A stretch of 64,000 bases of DNA, from the NCBI GenBank assembly GCA_965209055.1, contig OZ242374.1:224001-288000 (forward strand), given 5' to 3'. This stretch comes from Acidobacteriota bacterium (GTDB lineage Bacteria > Acidobacteriota > UBA6911 > RPQK01 > JAJDTT01). Below, one piece after another: positions 1 to 9,381 of this stretch. The translations under genes were made by a program, and so were the position numbers. Under the pieces are notes generated by a model. It made no database searches, was not told the DNA's origin, and saw only the letters and a list, made by a program, of their open reading frames with translations. How positions within the stretch are numbered: position 1 is the stretch's first letter; each line of letters starts with the position of its first letter.

Positions 1-1008
1 GACCAGGGCGCCGCCGTGAGTCCGCCCGGCTGCGTAGATCATGTGGTTGGTCCCGGGCGCGTGGGGCGCCGCTACGCTGAGGAAGGACCAGGTCTTGCCG
101 CCGTCCCGGCTGATCCAGCACTCGGCGCTGCCTTCCCACAGGCCGTGCGCGGGCTCGCTGAAGACCGTCGCCACGATGGAGCCGTCCGGCATGGGCGTCA
201 GGTTGGGCCAGTTGCCCCTGTTGTCGATGGCCACGTACCGTTCCAGGTTGTCCATTCTTCGCTCTGCGGCCGGCTTCGTCTGCAGGATCGCGTCGGAGTA
301 GCTCTTCCGGATCCAGGTGCTCATGTGACGGAAGGAGCCGGTCTGGGGCGTGACGCCGCCGGCCCGGTCCAGGGCGTCGGCTTCGAGCCGGTCCTTGCCG
401 ATGGCGCCGGCGTCGTAGATTGCGTCCGCAGGGTCCCGGTTTCCCCGAAGGGCTTCGATTTCGTCGATGAAGGTCCGGCCCCCGCCGCTGGCGACGTAGA
501 GGGCGAGATACCGTCCCCCGGCTCGAAGTCCCCCGGTCCAATAGTCTCCCGACACGAACCGGCGGCGACCGAATTCGCCTTCCGGGACGACTTCGTTGAT
601 CAGGTCGGTGACGTAGCGCCAGGTTTCTCCATCATCCGAGACGTAGGCCAGCACGGCGGCTGGAATTCTGACGCCGGGCCTGCCCGACGCCGTGTGCAGG
701 CTCAGGGTCTCGATCGGTTGGACCGTTCCCAGATCGAACCGGATCAACACTCCGGGAACGGAACCCAGGTCCCATCCCACCGATCCCTGGTGGTTCCAGA
801 AGTCGGTCCCGCTGTTTGATTGCCAAAGTATCCCGTCGGTGAGGGAGGTCCTGGAGCCGCCGTTGCAGTGGCTGCAATCTGGTGCGACCGAGAATGCCGC
901 TTCTTTGGCGGTGAGCAGGTTGTCTCCCGGCAGGGGGAGGATCTGTTGGGACGATGCCGGCGCGGTCAGGACGGTCCCCAGGAACAGGGCGGTTGCGTAC
1001 TGTTTCAT
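1..1008 (-). CDS. Secreted protein, 3'-truncated by window edge: discoidin/CBM32-like N-domain followed by BNR/Asp-box (sialidase-like) domain
   Basis: Not in ORF track; read by hand. ATG at 1008 (MKQYATALFLGTVLTAPASSQ, signal-like) stays open to base 1. Contains LIRFDLGTVQPI, VSDDGETW and the Asp-box ISRDGGKTW. Confidence 0.7.
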   Translation of the reverse strand, partial: MKQYATALFLGTVLTAPASSQQILPLPGDNLLTAKEAAFSVAPDCSHCNGGSRTSLTDGILWQSNSGTDFWNHQGSVGWDLGSVPGVLIRFDLGTVQPIETLSLHTASGRPGVRIPAAVLAYVSDDGETWRYVTDLINEVVPEGEFGRRRFVSGDYWTGGLRAGGRYLALYVASGGGRTFIDEIEALRGNRDPADAIYDAGAIGKDRLEADALDRAGGVTPQTGSFRHMSTWIRKSYSDAILQTKPAAERRMDNLERYVAIDNRGNWPNLTPMPDGSIVATVFSEPAHGLWEGSAECWISRDGGKTWSFLSVAAPHAPGTNHMIYAAGRTHGGALV

Positions 1009-1210
1009 TCGTAGACGACAGGCGCCGAAGGGAATCGCCGGGAATTGAGGCTCCGATTCATGGTGCTTGCGAGGATGCGTCATTTTTGGCCTTCTCCTGT
1101 TTCTCGGCGTCGCGGAAGGGGGACTGCCGTCCGCCGGGAACCTCTCGGTCGGCGGCAGGGATACGGTTGCTCCTCCGGCGGCAAGGATACCGCCGCTCCA
1201 TATCTTCCCG

Positions 1211-2581
1211 TCAGGACAGTCGAGCGATGATGTCGCCGCGGACGAGCGTTCGGATGGTGTCCTGAAAGACGTTGAGGGTCTCACCGATGTCCCGCTCCGA
1301 GTGGGCGGCGGAGGTGACTCCCGCCATGAAGGAGAGCACGTCGACGCCTCTGATCTGGAGATTCTTTTGAAACGCGGAAATGACAGCGCCGGGAATCCCC
1401 TTCAGGCGGCCGGCGTCGGTGGTTCTGACCGCGGCGCGGTCGTTGGCGCCCGAACCGGGGTGAGCTTCCAGGTAGACGTGGAAGCCGGACGAGTCTCCGT
1501 AGGCGTAACCGGCCACCCGCTCCCGTTCCAGGATCTCCTCCATGCCGTCGCGAAGCAGCGCGGCCATGCGGTCGGCCTGGTCCTGCGGCCGGCCGGTGGC
1601 GGCCTGTTTCAACGTGGCGATCCCGGCCGCCGCCGAAAGGGGGTTGGCGTTGAAAGTGCCCAGATGTTGGATCCTTTCATGCCGGTCGTGGCGGGGGTCT
1701 CCCGTGAAATCGAACAGGCTCATGATGTCGGCCCGGCCCACCAGGGCACCGCCGGGGAGTCCGCCGGCCATGATCTTTCCCAGAACGCTCATGTCGGGGG
1801 TGATGCCCACCAGTCCCTGGTAGCCGCCCGGACTGTACCGGAACCCCGTGATGACTTCGTCGTAGATCAACAGCACGCCATGGTCCGCGGTCAAGCGGCG
1901 CAGCTCGCGGTTGAATTCGGCGTCGAGAGGGACACGGCCCCAGGACGCACCCGAAGGCTCCAGCATGACGGCGGCAATGTCGGGATCGGTGCGGAACGTC
2001 TCGTCGACCACGTCAAGGTCGGCGGGAACGACCACGATGGTGTCGAGCGTGGCAGGAGGGATGCCGGCTGAGATGGAGGCGTCGAATGGAGGCATGGCGC
2101 CCCGGCCCACGTAGTCGTGCCAGCCGCTGAAGTGGCCCTCGAAGCGGAGCACCTTGGTGCGCCGGGTGAAGGCCCGGGCCACCCGCAACGCCAGCATCGA
2201 ACCTTCCGTCCCCGAGTTGACGAATCGAACGCGCTCGGCCGAGGGAATCAACTGCTGAATCAGGGCGGCCCACTCGACCTGGACCGGGTGATCCAATCCG
2301 AAGTGGAGCCCCTTGCCCATCACCTCGCGGACCGCATCCAGCACTTCCGGAGGGGAGTGGCCCAGCAGGCAGGCCGCGTTCCCCATGCCGTAGTCGATGT
2401 ACTCGTTTCCATCGGCGTCCCAGATGCGGGACCCGGCGGCGCGATCGATATAGCGGGGGAAGGGAAACGAGAACCGCAGGTCGTGGCCGACGCCACCGGC
2501 CGTATTGCGCTTCGCCTGCTCGAACAGGTCCCGGCATCTGGGGCCCCGCTCGACGTAGGCCGTCAGCCAAATATCGGACAT
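1211..2581 (-). CDS. Class III PLP aminotransferase, glutamate-1-semialdehyde aminomutase-like
   Basis: DADGNEYIDY, FVNSGTEG, LIYDEVITGFR, PLP lysine in VLGKIMAGG, GTFNANP. Confidence 0.88.
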   Translation of the reverse strand: MSDIWLTAYVERGPRCRDLFEQAKRNTAGGVGHDLRFSFPFPRYIDRAAGSRIWDADGNEYIDYGMGNAACLLGHSPPEVLDAVREVMGKGLHFGLDHPVQVEWAALIQQLIPSAERVRFVNSGTEGSMLALRVARAFTRRTKVLRFEGHFSGWHDYVGRGAMPPFDASISAGIPPATLDTIVVVPADLDVVDETFRTDPDIAAVMLEPSGASWGRVPLDAEFNRELRRLTADHGVLLIYDEVITGFRYSPGGYQGLVGITPDMSVLGKIMAGGLPGGALVGRADIMSLFDFTGDPRHDRHERIQHLGTFNANPLSAAAGIATLKQAATGRPQDQADRMAALLRDGMEEILERERVAGYAYGDSSGFHVYLEAHPGSGANDRAAVRTTDAGRLKGIPGAVISAFQKNLQIRGVDVLSFMAGVTSAAHSERDIGETLNVFQDTIRTLVRGDIIARLS

Positions 2582-2601
2582 ATCTGCCTCTCCTGGTGTG
2601 G

Positions 2602-5415
2602 TTAATCGGCCCGAATCGTAACGCGGGTCAAATAGGGGGACGCATACCCCATGCCGGCGATCAGTGTGACCCGATATTGGAGCCAGGTATCGTGGTCCCC
2701 TCGCGAGAGCCGGCCCGACTCCGGGACCGTTCTCCAGTCGGCTTGCTCAAGGCCGTTGCGGTCAGGCGAAAAACGGGTCCGGAGTTGGATCCGGGATCCG
2801 CGGGGAGTCTCCGCCTCGCGGGTCAGCTTGATATCGCCGGGCCAGGTGGAGAGGTCGAGCGCCGGCGAGGTGTAGGACGCCTCCGGCTTCCGGGTCGCCA
2901 GGTTCCCCACGTCCACGTTCTGCAGGAAATGCGGACCCGGCGCGGGCAGATAGCTCCGGTTCGCCACCGAGAATCCGTCCTGAGCGCCCCAGTAGAGATA
3001 GCTCTCGACGCTGTGGTTGTCTTCGCCGACCGAGAGCTTGTGGTTCATCACCAGAAGATCGGTGTGTCCGTCGTAGTCCATGTCCGCCGCCATGAGAGCC
3101 GAAGGGGACTCTCCCGGCAGGTCGGTGCGGCGCCGCGCCGAAAATCCCCCCCGGCCGTCGTTCCAGAACAGCAGCACCGGAAGCTTCCGGTGGCTCCGGG
3201 ACTGGTATTGGGAGACGGCCAGATCGAGAACGCCGTCCCCGTTCAGGTCCGACGCCAACACGTCGATGGCCCCCACCGTGGGGAAATCGAACCTCGGCTC
3301 GGCTTCCAGTCCCCGTTCGTTCCCGTGGTAGACCTTGATCCAGGAGTCGGCCCGATTGACCCCGTCGTCCCTGGAATAGGGACGCAGCAGAACCAGATCC
3401 AGCCGGCCGTCGGCGTCGAGGTCCGCCACCTCCGCGTTGCCGATCCCCGGCTCTTCCAGTCTTTGAACCCGTCCGGACGAATAGCCGTCGGGACCGCCCA
3501 GCAGAATCTTGCTGTAGGGACTCCCGATGTCCGCGGTCAGGATGTCCAGCCAGCCGTCACGGTCGAAATCCAGCAGCCGGCAGTTCTGGCCCATGCGGGC
3601 CACGTCCGGAATCCGGATCTGGCGGCCGGGATCCGAGAATTTGCGGGGACCTCCCCAGGCGAAGAAAAGGGTGTCGAAATCGAACCCCACGATGTCCAGG
3701 TAGCCGTCCCGGTTCAGGTCGGCGATTTCCCAGGAACCGTTCTCGTTGAGGTCGAATTCGTGGCGCTTCTCCACCGCGGGTCCGCCGGGAGTCCCCCAGT
3801 AGAGGTAGCTGGCTCCGGGCAGCCCCGAGTAGTGCCGTCCCGAGTTGGCCACCAGCAGTTCCGCATGGCCGTCGTCATCCAGGTCGACCATGGCGATCCC
3901 CATGGCCATGACGCAGGGATAGCGGCTGACGAAGGCGGGGGAATAGCCGCGGTGAGGCCGTCCCCAGTAGACGTAGACGTACTCGTCCTTGCCCCCGGAG
4001 ATCCCGCTCCCGGTGTTTCCGAAGAGCAGGTCCTTGCGGTGGTCGCCGTTCAGGTCGCCCACCGCCACCGCGGCGGCGCCGAAGGTCTGCAAATCGGTCC
4101 GGCGCGCGTCGGCATACCCGTGAACGCTCCCCCAGAAGACATAGGAAGAGACGTCCAGGTTGCCGTAGGCGCCCTCGGAGTAGTTGGCGAAGATGAGTTC
4201 GGGAAAGCCGTCGCTGTTGAGGTCGGAGACGGCCACGTCCCTGGCGTTGAGGGTCGGGATGGGGGTTTCGGAGCGGTCCTTTCCCCAGATGACAGCCGAC
4301 GTGTCCCCGCCGGCCAGGACGATCTCCAGCCGGCCATCCCGGTCCAGGTCCGCGAGGCGTACGCGCGCGCCGCCCCGGTCCACGGTCGTTTGCAGGACCG
4401 GCTGCCGAGACGAGAACGCGAAGAGCCGTAGCTCCTTTTGCGAGAGCGCTGCCAGCATCGTCCCGCGATCCGCTGTTGCAGCCGTCTCCAGGGACACCAG
4501 GCCGGGGATCGGAAACCGCGAGGGGGACTCCGGATCGGGCCCCGCATCGCTTCCCCAGTAGATCTCGAGTCCTCCTTCTTGTCCGTGGGTGGCGAAGATC
4601 AGGTCGGGATGACCGTCCGCGTCCAGGTCGGCGATCCGGCAGCCCACGGCGCCGTCCGTGGGCATGGCGCTGCGGTGACGCTCTCCATAGAAATCGGTCG
4701 TTCCCCAGTAGATATAGGAGCCCGGGTTCCTCCGGCCCGGGCCTGTCCGGTTGGCGAAGACCACGTCCTGTCGGCCGTCCCGGTTCAGGTCTCCCACGGC
4801 CACGTCCCGGGCGCCCACCGTGGGCAGTGCGGTGCGGGAGTCGCGCCGGTAGCCGGATTCGGAGCCCCAGTAGATGAGGCTGTCGGAGAAGGGGGTGTCC
4901 CCGAGTCCCGAGGAGGCGAAGAGGATGTCGGCGTGGCCGTCCTGGTCCAAGTCGCTGAAGAGGACCGCGCTGGGGCGGTCGGCCGGGAGCCGCAGCGTGC
5001 TGGAACGGCTTTTTTCCTCCTGCAGCCACAGGTCGTACAGGGCCAGGGACCGGTGCAGGGGAGAAAGGACCGACCGGTAGCCGCGGTTCGTCTGCAGGTA
5101 GCCCAGAGCGTCGATGCTCCCCACCATGACGTTGTGGGTGCTGGCGAAGGGGAGGTCGTAGTAGCCGTCGTTGTTCAGGTCCCAGCGTCGAATCAGTTGG
5201 ACGCGGCCCTTGCGGGAGACGTAGATGTCCTGCCCCGCATGCTCGAAGCTGCCCTTGGAGAAGCTTTCGAAGCCCTCGTGCACGATCTTGAACTCGGCGG
5301 CTTGGGCGAGTGTCAGCGTGAGGAGAATTGGCAGAAGGGCCCAGAGGGGGACTCGCGATGCAGGGTTCCGTCTGGTTTCCACTTCTTCAACGTGCGCGCG
5401 ATCAGTGATCGACAT
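2602..5415 (-). CDS. Secreted FG-GAP/VCBS repeat beta-propeller protein
   Basis: Many DLNxDGxxDL repeats alternating with YxYWG motifs; hydrophobic signal LWALLPILLTLTLAQA; true start may be slightly downstream. Confidence 0.85.
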   Translation of the reverse strand: MSITDRAHVEEVETRRNPASRVPLWALLPILLTLTLAQAAEFKIVHEGFESFSKGSFEHAGQDIYVSRKGRVQLIRRWDLNNDGYYDLPFASTHNVMVGSIDALGYLQTNRGYRSVLSPLHRSLALYDLWLQEEKSRSSTLRLPADRPSAVLFSDLDQDGHADILFASSGLGDTPFSDSLIYWGSESGYRRDSRTALPTVGARDVAVGDLNRDGRQDVVFANRTGPGRRNPGSYIYWGTTDFYGERHRSAMPTDGAVGCRIADLDADGHPDLIFATHGQEGGLEIYWGSDAGPDPESPSRFPIPGLVSLETAATADRGTMLAALSQKELRLFAFSSRQPVLQTTVDRGGARVRLADLDRDGRLEIVLAGGDTSAVIWGKDRSETPIPTLNARDVAVSDLNSDGFPELIFANYSEGAYGNLDVSSYVFWGSVHGYADARRTDLQTFGAAAVAVGDLNGDHRKDLLFGNTGSGISGGKDEYVYVYWGRPHRGYSPAFVSRYPCVMAMGIAMVDLDDDGHAELLVANSGRHYSGLPGASYLYWGTPGGPAVEKRHEFDLNENGSWEIADLNRDGYLDIVGFDFDTLFFAWGGPRKFSDPGRQIRIPDVARMGQNCRLLDFDRDGWLDILTADIGSPYSKILLGGPDGYSSGRVQRLEEPGIGNAEVADLDADGRLDLVLLRPYSRDDGVNRADSWIKVYHGNERGLEAEPRFDFPTVGAIDVLASDLNGDGVLDLAVSQYQSRSHRKLPVLLFWNDGRGGFSARRRTDLPGESPSALMAADMDYDGHTDLLVMNHKLSVGEDNHSVESYLYWGAQDGFSVANRSYLPAPGPHFLQNVDVGNLATRKPEASYTSPALDLSTWPGDIKLTREAETPRGSRIQLRTRFSPDRNGLEQADWRTVPESGRLSRGDHDTWLQYRVTLIAGMGYASPYLTRVTIRAD

Positions 5416-5662
5416 TTTTCCTATGCCCGACCTTGATTACAAATACGACAAGCTGTTTGTCCCTGATGGAGTAGAGGATACGGCAGACTCCGACTCGGAT
5501 TCGATATCGGGCACGTCCCGGGAGTTTTCTGCAGCCGGGAGGACGCGGGTCGTCCGCCAGACGGCGAATCCTGGTGACAACACGCCGCCGGTCCGTCTTG
5601 GAGGCGATGGCCTCGATCGCCTTGACCGCCGATGGCTTGATCAGAACATCAAATCCGGCCAC
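5402..5662 (-). CDS. Type II toxin, RelE/ParE family
   Basis: 86 aa, basic; LADDPRPPGCRKL, YRIRVG..RILYSI, VIKVGHRK. Confidence 0.9.
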   Translation of the reverse strand: MAGFDVLIKPSAVKAIEAIASKTDRRRVVTRIRRLADDPRPPGCRKLPGRARYRIRVGVCRILYSIRDKQLVVFVIKVGHRKNVDH

Positions 5663-5882
5663 GCCGCTTCAAGTCTTTCACGACGGCTTCAAACGAGAGG
5701 TTTTTTTCGAGGGCTCTTTCCTCGAAGGCAGCGAGATCCTCTGCGTCTTCGGCCAAGGAGAGTCGGACAGCCTCGTTGACAAGGTCTGAGAGACTGCGCT
5801 CAGTTTCGATCGACTTGAGTCGCAGGGCATGGTGGATCGCGGACTCGAAATAGATGGTAGTCCTTCTCGATTCCCGGAGCAT
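5649..5882 (-). CDS. Type II antitoxin, CopG/ribbon-helix-helix family
   Basis: RTTIYFESAIHHALRLKS..RSLSDLVNEAVR (RHH) with acidic tail EDAEDLAAFEER; overlaps the toxin start. Confidence 0.87.
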   Translation of the reverse strand: MLRESRRTTIYFESAIHHALRLKSIETERSLSDLVNEAVRLSLAEDAEDLAAFEERALEKNLSFEAVVKDLKRRGRI

Positions 5883-5928
5883 GGTGACATTGTGACGTTT
5901 TGACGTCTTTACATCAAGACGTCACCAT
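5881..5928 (-). promoter_or_regulatory. Sigma70 promoter and palindromic operator of the TA operon
   Basis: Minus strand TTGATG (5917-5912), 17 bp, CACAAT (5894-5889), then 6 nt to ATG. Perfect inverted repeat TGACGTCTT-N6-AAGACGTCA at 5901-5924; TGAC at 5885, 5893 and 5901. Confidence 0.7.
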
Positions 5929-5964
5929 TTTGGTTGCCTGGAAGGGGGGACGGTCTTGTCGGCG

Positions 5965-5994
5965 GAAGAATCGGCGGCTGGAAACCGCCGCTCC
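5965..5994. repeat. REP-like palindromic repeat, copy 1
   Basis: GAAGAATCGGCGGCTGGAAACCGCCGCTCC; 27/30 identical to 18998-19027; CGGCGG/CCGCCG stem. Confidence 0.7.
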
Positions 5995-5999
5995 CGGCG

Positions 6000-8900
6000 T
6001 TACGGACCCGCGGTGAAACGGCGGGTCTCCAAGGACTCTCCGTAGACCTCTTCCCCGGGACCGTATCCTCCTCCCACGGCGCCGGTTACGTATTGGTAGT
6101 CCAGGATGAAGGTCATGACGTCCGCCATTTCCTGTCGAGAGATGGTCTCCTCCAACCCCTCCGGCATCAGGGACTGCCCGGTGGCCCGGATCTCCTGGAT
6201 GTCCCTCCTCAGCAGCGTGTTCTGCAACTCCTCGCTCTCCACCAGGGTGATGCTGGCCGCCGTCTCCTGGGCCATGAGGCCGGTGTAGAGACGCCCCTTC
6301 CGGTCGGTCACCACGTAGTTGGTGAATTGAGGCTCCACCATCCGGTTCGGGTCCAGGATGCTGGTCAGGAGCGTCTCCCGGTCCTGGTAGCCCGCCACGA
6401 TGAGATTCGGCCCGACCACGTGCCGTGTGGTGCCCACCTGGTGGCACTTGATGCACTCGCGGCGGTAGACCTTCTCGCCGCGCACCCGGTCCCCCGGCAG
6501 CGTCAAGGCGGCCTCGTAGCTGGCCACCACCTCCTGCCGGTCGCCGGGCGCGGCAGATTCGAAGAGTGCCAGGGACCGGTCGCGGATCCCCCGGTCGTCG
6601 TGGTTCATCAGCAGGTCGCGGCGCTTGGCGTCAATCTGGTGGACCGGAACCTCCTCCGACTCGATGGCCTCCAGCAGGGAGCGGGTCCATTCCGGGCGGG
6701 AAAACACTCCCGACAAGACCCCGCCTCGAACCTTGGGCGTCTGCGCGCCCCACGACTCCAGAAGGAGCGGAGCGATCTCGGGGTCGTCATAGCCGGCCAG
6801 CGCCCCGATGGCGGCCAACTGCAGCGCCTGGGACTGCAAGGGGTCGATCAGTTTCGCCAGCGTCTCCCTGACCTCTCCCAGAGCGGCGTGCCGGAGCAGT
6901 CCGATGGCCGCCAGCCGTTTTTCTTCCGGTTGTTCCGCGTCGGCGGCTGCCGCAAGAGATCTCTCCAGGTGGTTGCGGATCATGCGGGCGGCTGCGGGGT
7001 GGAGATTCTTGAGCCCGGTGAACGTCCTTCCGTTGACGGCCAGTCCCTCGGCCAGGCTGGTGACGATGGCCAACTGCAGCTCCGGCCGGGAGGTCAGCGC
7101 CTCATGGGTGGCGGCTGCGCGGGTCAGGCGGCGGAGTTCCGAGGCGACGCCGCGGCCCCCCACGGTCCGGGCCAACGGAGGCAGCCACTGCCCCGCCAGC
7201 GGTTCCTGCTGGAACTCGTCCAATGCCACAAGCTCCGTGAAGAGACGGTCGGCCAGGCGGGTGCTGGAACTGAGCACCGAGTTGCGGATCCAGCGGTCTC
7301 CGCCGTCGGTGCGGGCGATCTTCAAAAGGGCCGGGAGAACCCGCCGGTCGCCGATCACTCCCAGAGCCAGAGCCACCCTCATTCGCACCCGGGGATTCTC
7401 GTCCCCGGCCAGCTCCAGGATCTTCCGAAAGAGCCGTCCGGAGCGCTTCATCCGGAGCTCCGCGTGCGGCACGGCGTGTTCCCGGACCCCGGGCGAGGAA
7501 TCGGACAACGCATTCGCCACGTCCGTGTTTCTGAGAGCGCCCAACCCGTGCAGCGACCAGAGGGCGTGCATCCGGGCCAGGGGGTGTTCGCTCTCGGTCA
7601 AGAGCCGCCGCAGCAGCGGCACCGCGGATTTGTCCTGACGCTCGTAGATGAGCCGGTGCGCCGTCTCCCGCCACCAGCCGCCGGGATGCTCCAGGTGTCC
7701 AACCAACTCCTGGATGCTCGCTTCTCCCAGCCGGGGCGCCGGCGGCACCTTGAAGTCCAGGGGCGCCACCCGGTAGATCCGTCCGTGTTCGGACCCTCGG
7801 GAGAAATCCAGATGTGCCAGGACCCGCTCCGGGACGTGGCCGTGCTCCACCAGCTCCCGGCACATGTCCAGCACGTAGAGGGTGCCGTCGGGGGCGTTGA
7901 CCGAGTTGATCGGGCGGAACCAGTTGTGGCTGGAACGGAGGAATTCCTTGCCCTCGGGTTCGCCTCGCACTCCCTTGAAGGTGACCCCGTCCGGTTCCAG
8001 AATCCGGCGATGCAGCAGATTGGCGGTGGCGGCTCCGGTGAAGATGTTGCCCCGGTATTCCTCCGGATAGGCGTGACCGGTGTAGGCCTTTACCCCCGCC
8101 CAGGCGGCGGCAAACTCCTGGTAGTTTTCCCGGCCGCCCTCCTCGACGCGGGTGATCCGTCCGGCGAAAATCCGCCGGGCTTCCCGAACCTTGCGCCATC
8201 GTTCGATGGGGCTGGCGCGGTAGATGGGGAGCCGTCCCTGGGTCAGCGGGTTGGTCTCCATGGAACCCGCGGTCAGGAACCCGTGGAGGTCGAAGAAGAG
8301 GTAGGGATTCCGCTCCAGGTATCCGTGCGGCATGACCACGTGCCGGCCGAAGGACCCCGCCCGGCAGACGTAGCGGTTGAACCACTCGTCGAAGGTGTAC
8401 CCGAACTGGAAGGTCTGGGTGGTGAGCTCCATCTCCAAGCTCACCGGACTGAACCGGAAGTCCCGGTTGTAGACGGAAACCGGCTCCGCGTCCGGCTGGC
8501 CGCCGGGGCGGATGTAGCCTCCGTTGCCGCCGGTGGAGGCGTAGATCTTGTGGTCCACGCCCCACATGATGTTGTTGACCATCTGCTGCTCGTTGGTGAC
8601 GCCGAACCCGGTGTAAATCTGCTTGCGGACATCGGCCCGGCCGTCGCCGTCCGTGTCCTTGAAATAGAGGATGTCCGGCGCCGCCGAGACGAAGAGCCCC
8701 CCTTTCCAGACCGCCACGCCGGTGGGCCAGACCAGCTTGTCGGCATACACCTGCGCCGTTTCGAAGGTGCCGTCGCCGTCCCGGTCCTCCAACATCCGGA
8801 TCCGGCCCGTGCCCTCCTCACCCGGCCGCGGCTGGCGCGGATAGCCGTAGAATTCGGCCACGAACATGCGGCCGTTTTCGTCGAAGGTGGCGGCCAGGGG

Positions 8901-9215
8901 TTCCACCACCTGAGGCTCGCGGGCCACCAGTTCCACGCGAAAGCCATCGGCCACCTCGAGGGCCTTCAGGGATTCGGCCGGATCCAGCGGCGGGATCGGT
9001 TTCAGGTATTCTCGGAGCTGGTCCGGATTTCTGGAGATGTCGGTGATCCGCCGCCACTCTTCCGTTTCCTCATCCGGTCCGCCGGCGCAGGCGAGAGGCA
9101 GAAGAAGAGCGGTCAGCAACAAAATCCCTCGGAGCCGGCTCCAGTGCTCGAATTGCCGAGGCCAGATCGCTGCCTGTTGGATGCGCGGAAACCAAGTTCG
9201 TCTCATGGCGATCAT
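6000..9215 (-). CDS. PVC-type heme-binding CxxCH protein (sorbosone-dehydrogenase-like propeller + HEAT-like repeats + cytochrome c), probable lipoprotein
   Basis: GFRVELVAREPQV, LEDRDGDG, APDGTLYVLD, GRIYRV, helical repeats, CIKCH, GPNL, SLMPEGLE; lipobox-like LLLPLAC; start uncertain. Confidence 0.88.
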   Translation of the reverse strand: MIAMRRTWFPRIQQAAIWPRQFEHWSRLRGILLLTALLLPLACAGGPDEETEEWRRITDISRNPDQLREYLKPIPPLDPAESLKALEVADGFRVELVAREPQVVEPLAATFDENGRMFVAEFYGYPRQPRPGEEGTGRIRMLEDRDGDGTFETAQVYADKLVWPTGVAVWKGGLFVSAAPDILYFKDTDGDGRADVRKQIYTGFGVTNEQQMVNNIMWGVDHKIYASTGGNGGYIRPGGQPDAEPVSVYNRDFRFSPVSLEMELTTQTFQFGYTFDEWFNRYVCRAGSFGRHVVMPHGYLERNPYLFFDLHGFLTAGSMETNPLTQGRLPIYRASPIERWRKVREARRIFAGRITRVEEGGRENYQEFAAAWAGVKAYTGHAYPEEYRGNIFTGAATANLLHRRILEPDGVTFKGVRGEPEGKEFLRSSHNWFRPINSVNAPDGTLYVLDMCRELVEHGHVPERVLAHLDFSRGSEHGRIYRVAPLDFKVPPAPRLGEASIQELVGHLEHPGGWWRETAHRLIYERQDKSAVPLLRRLLTESEHPLARMHALWSLHGLGALRNTDVANALSDSSPGVREHAVPHAELRMKRSGRLFRKILELAGDENPRVRMRVALALGVIGDRRVLPALLKIARTDGGDRWIRNSVLSSSTRLADRLFTELVALDEFQQEPLAGQWLPPLARTVGGRGVASELRRLTRAAATHEALTSRPELQLAIVTSLAEGLAVNGRTFTGLKNLHPAAARMIRNHLERSLAAAADAEQPEEKRLAAIGLLRHAALGEVRETLAKLIDPLQSQALQLAAIGALAGYDDPEIAPLLLESWGAQTPKVRGGVLSGVFSRPEWTRSLLEAIESEEVPVHQIDAKRRDLLMNHDDRGIRDRSLALFESAAPGDRQEVVASYEAALTLPGDRVRGEKVYRRECIKCHQVGTTRHVVGPNLIVAGYQDRETLLTSILDPNRMVEPQFTNYVVTDRKGRLYTGLMAQETAASITLVESEELQNTLLRRDIQEIRATGQSLMPEGLEETISRQEMADVMTFILDYQYVTGAVGGGYGPGEEVYGESLETRRFTAGP

Positions 9216-9381
9216 GATGCGCCGGATGGTCCGGGGCTGCAAGCGCGGCAGCGAGTCGTGAATCGATATCAGCCTCGAATGGGTCATCTCATTCGAAGCG
9301 GGCGCCCTGCCGGACTCCGGGCCATAATTGTTTTGGCAGGAGGAAACCGGTGGTTTCACCGTAGACCGGAGGAATCGAGAA

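Noticed and set aside
1211-2581. Naming this gene hemL
   Set aside because: The family is clear, but there is no heme-pathway context and paralogues of this class are common; substrate unknown
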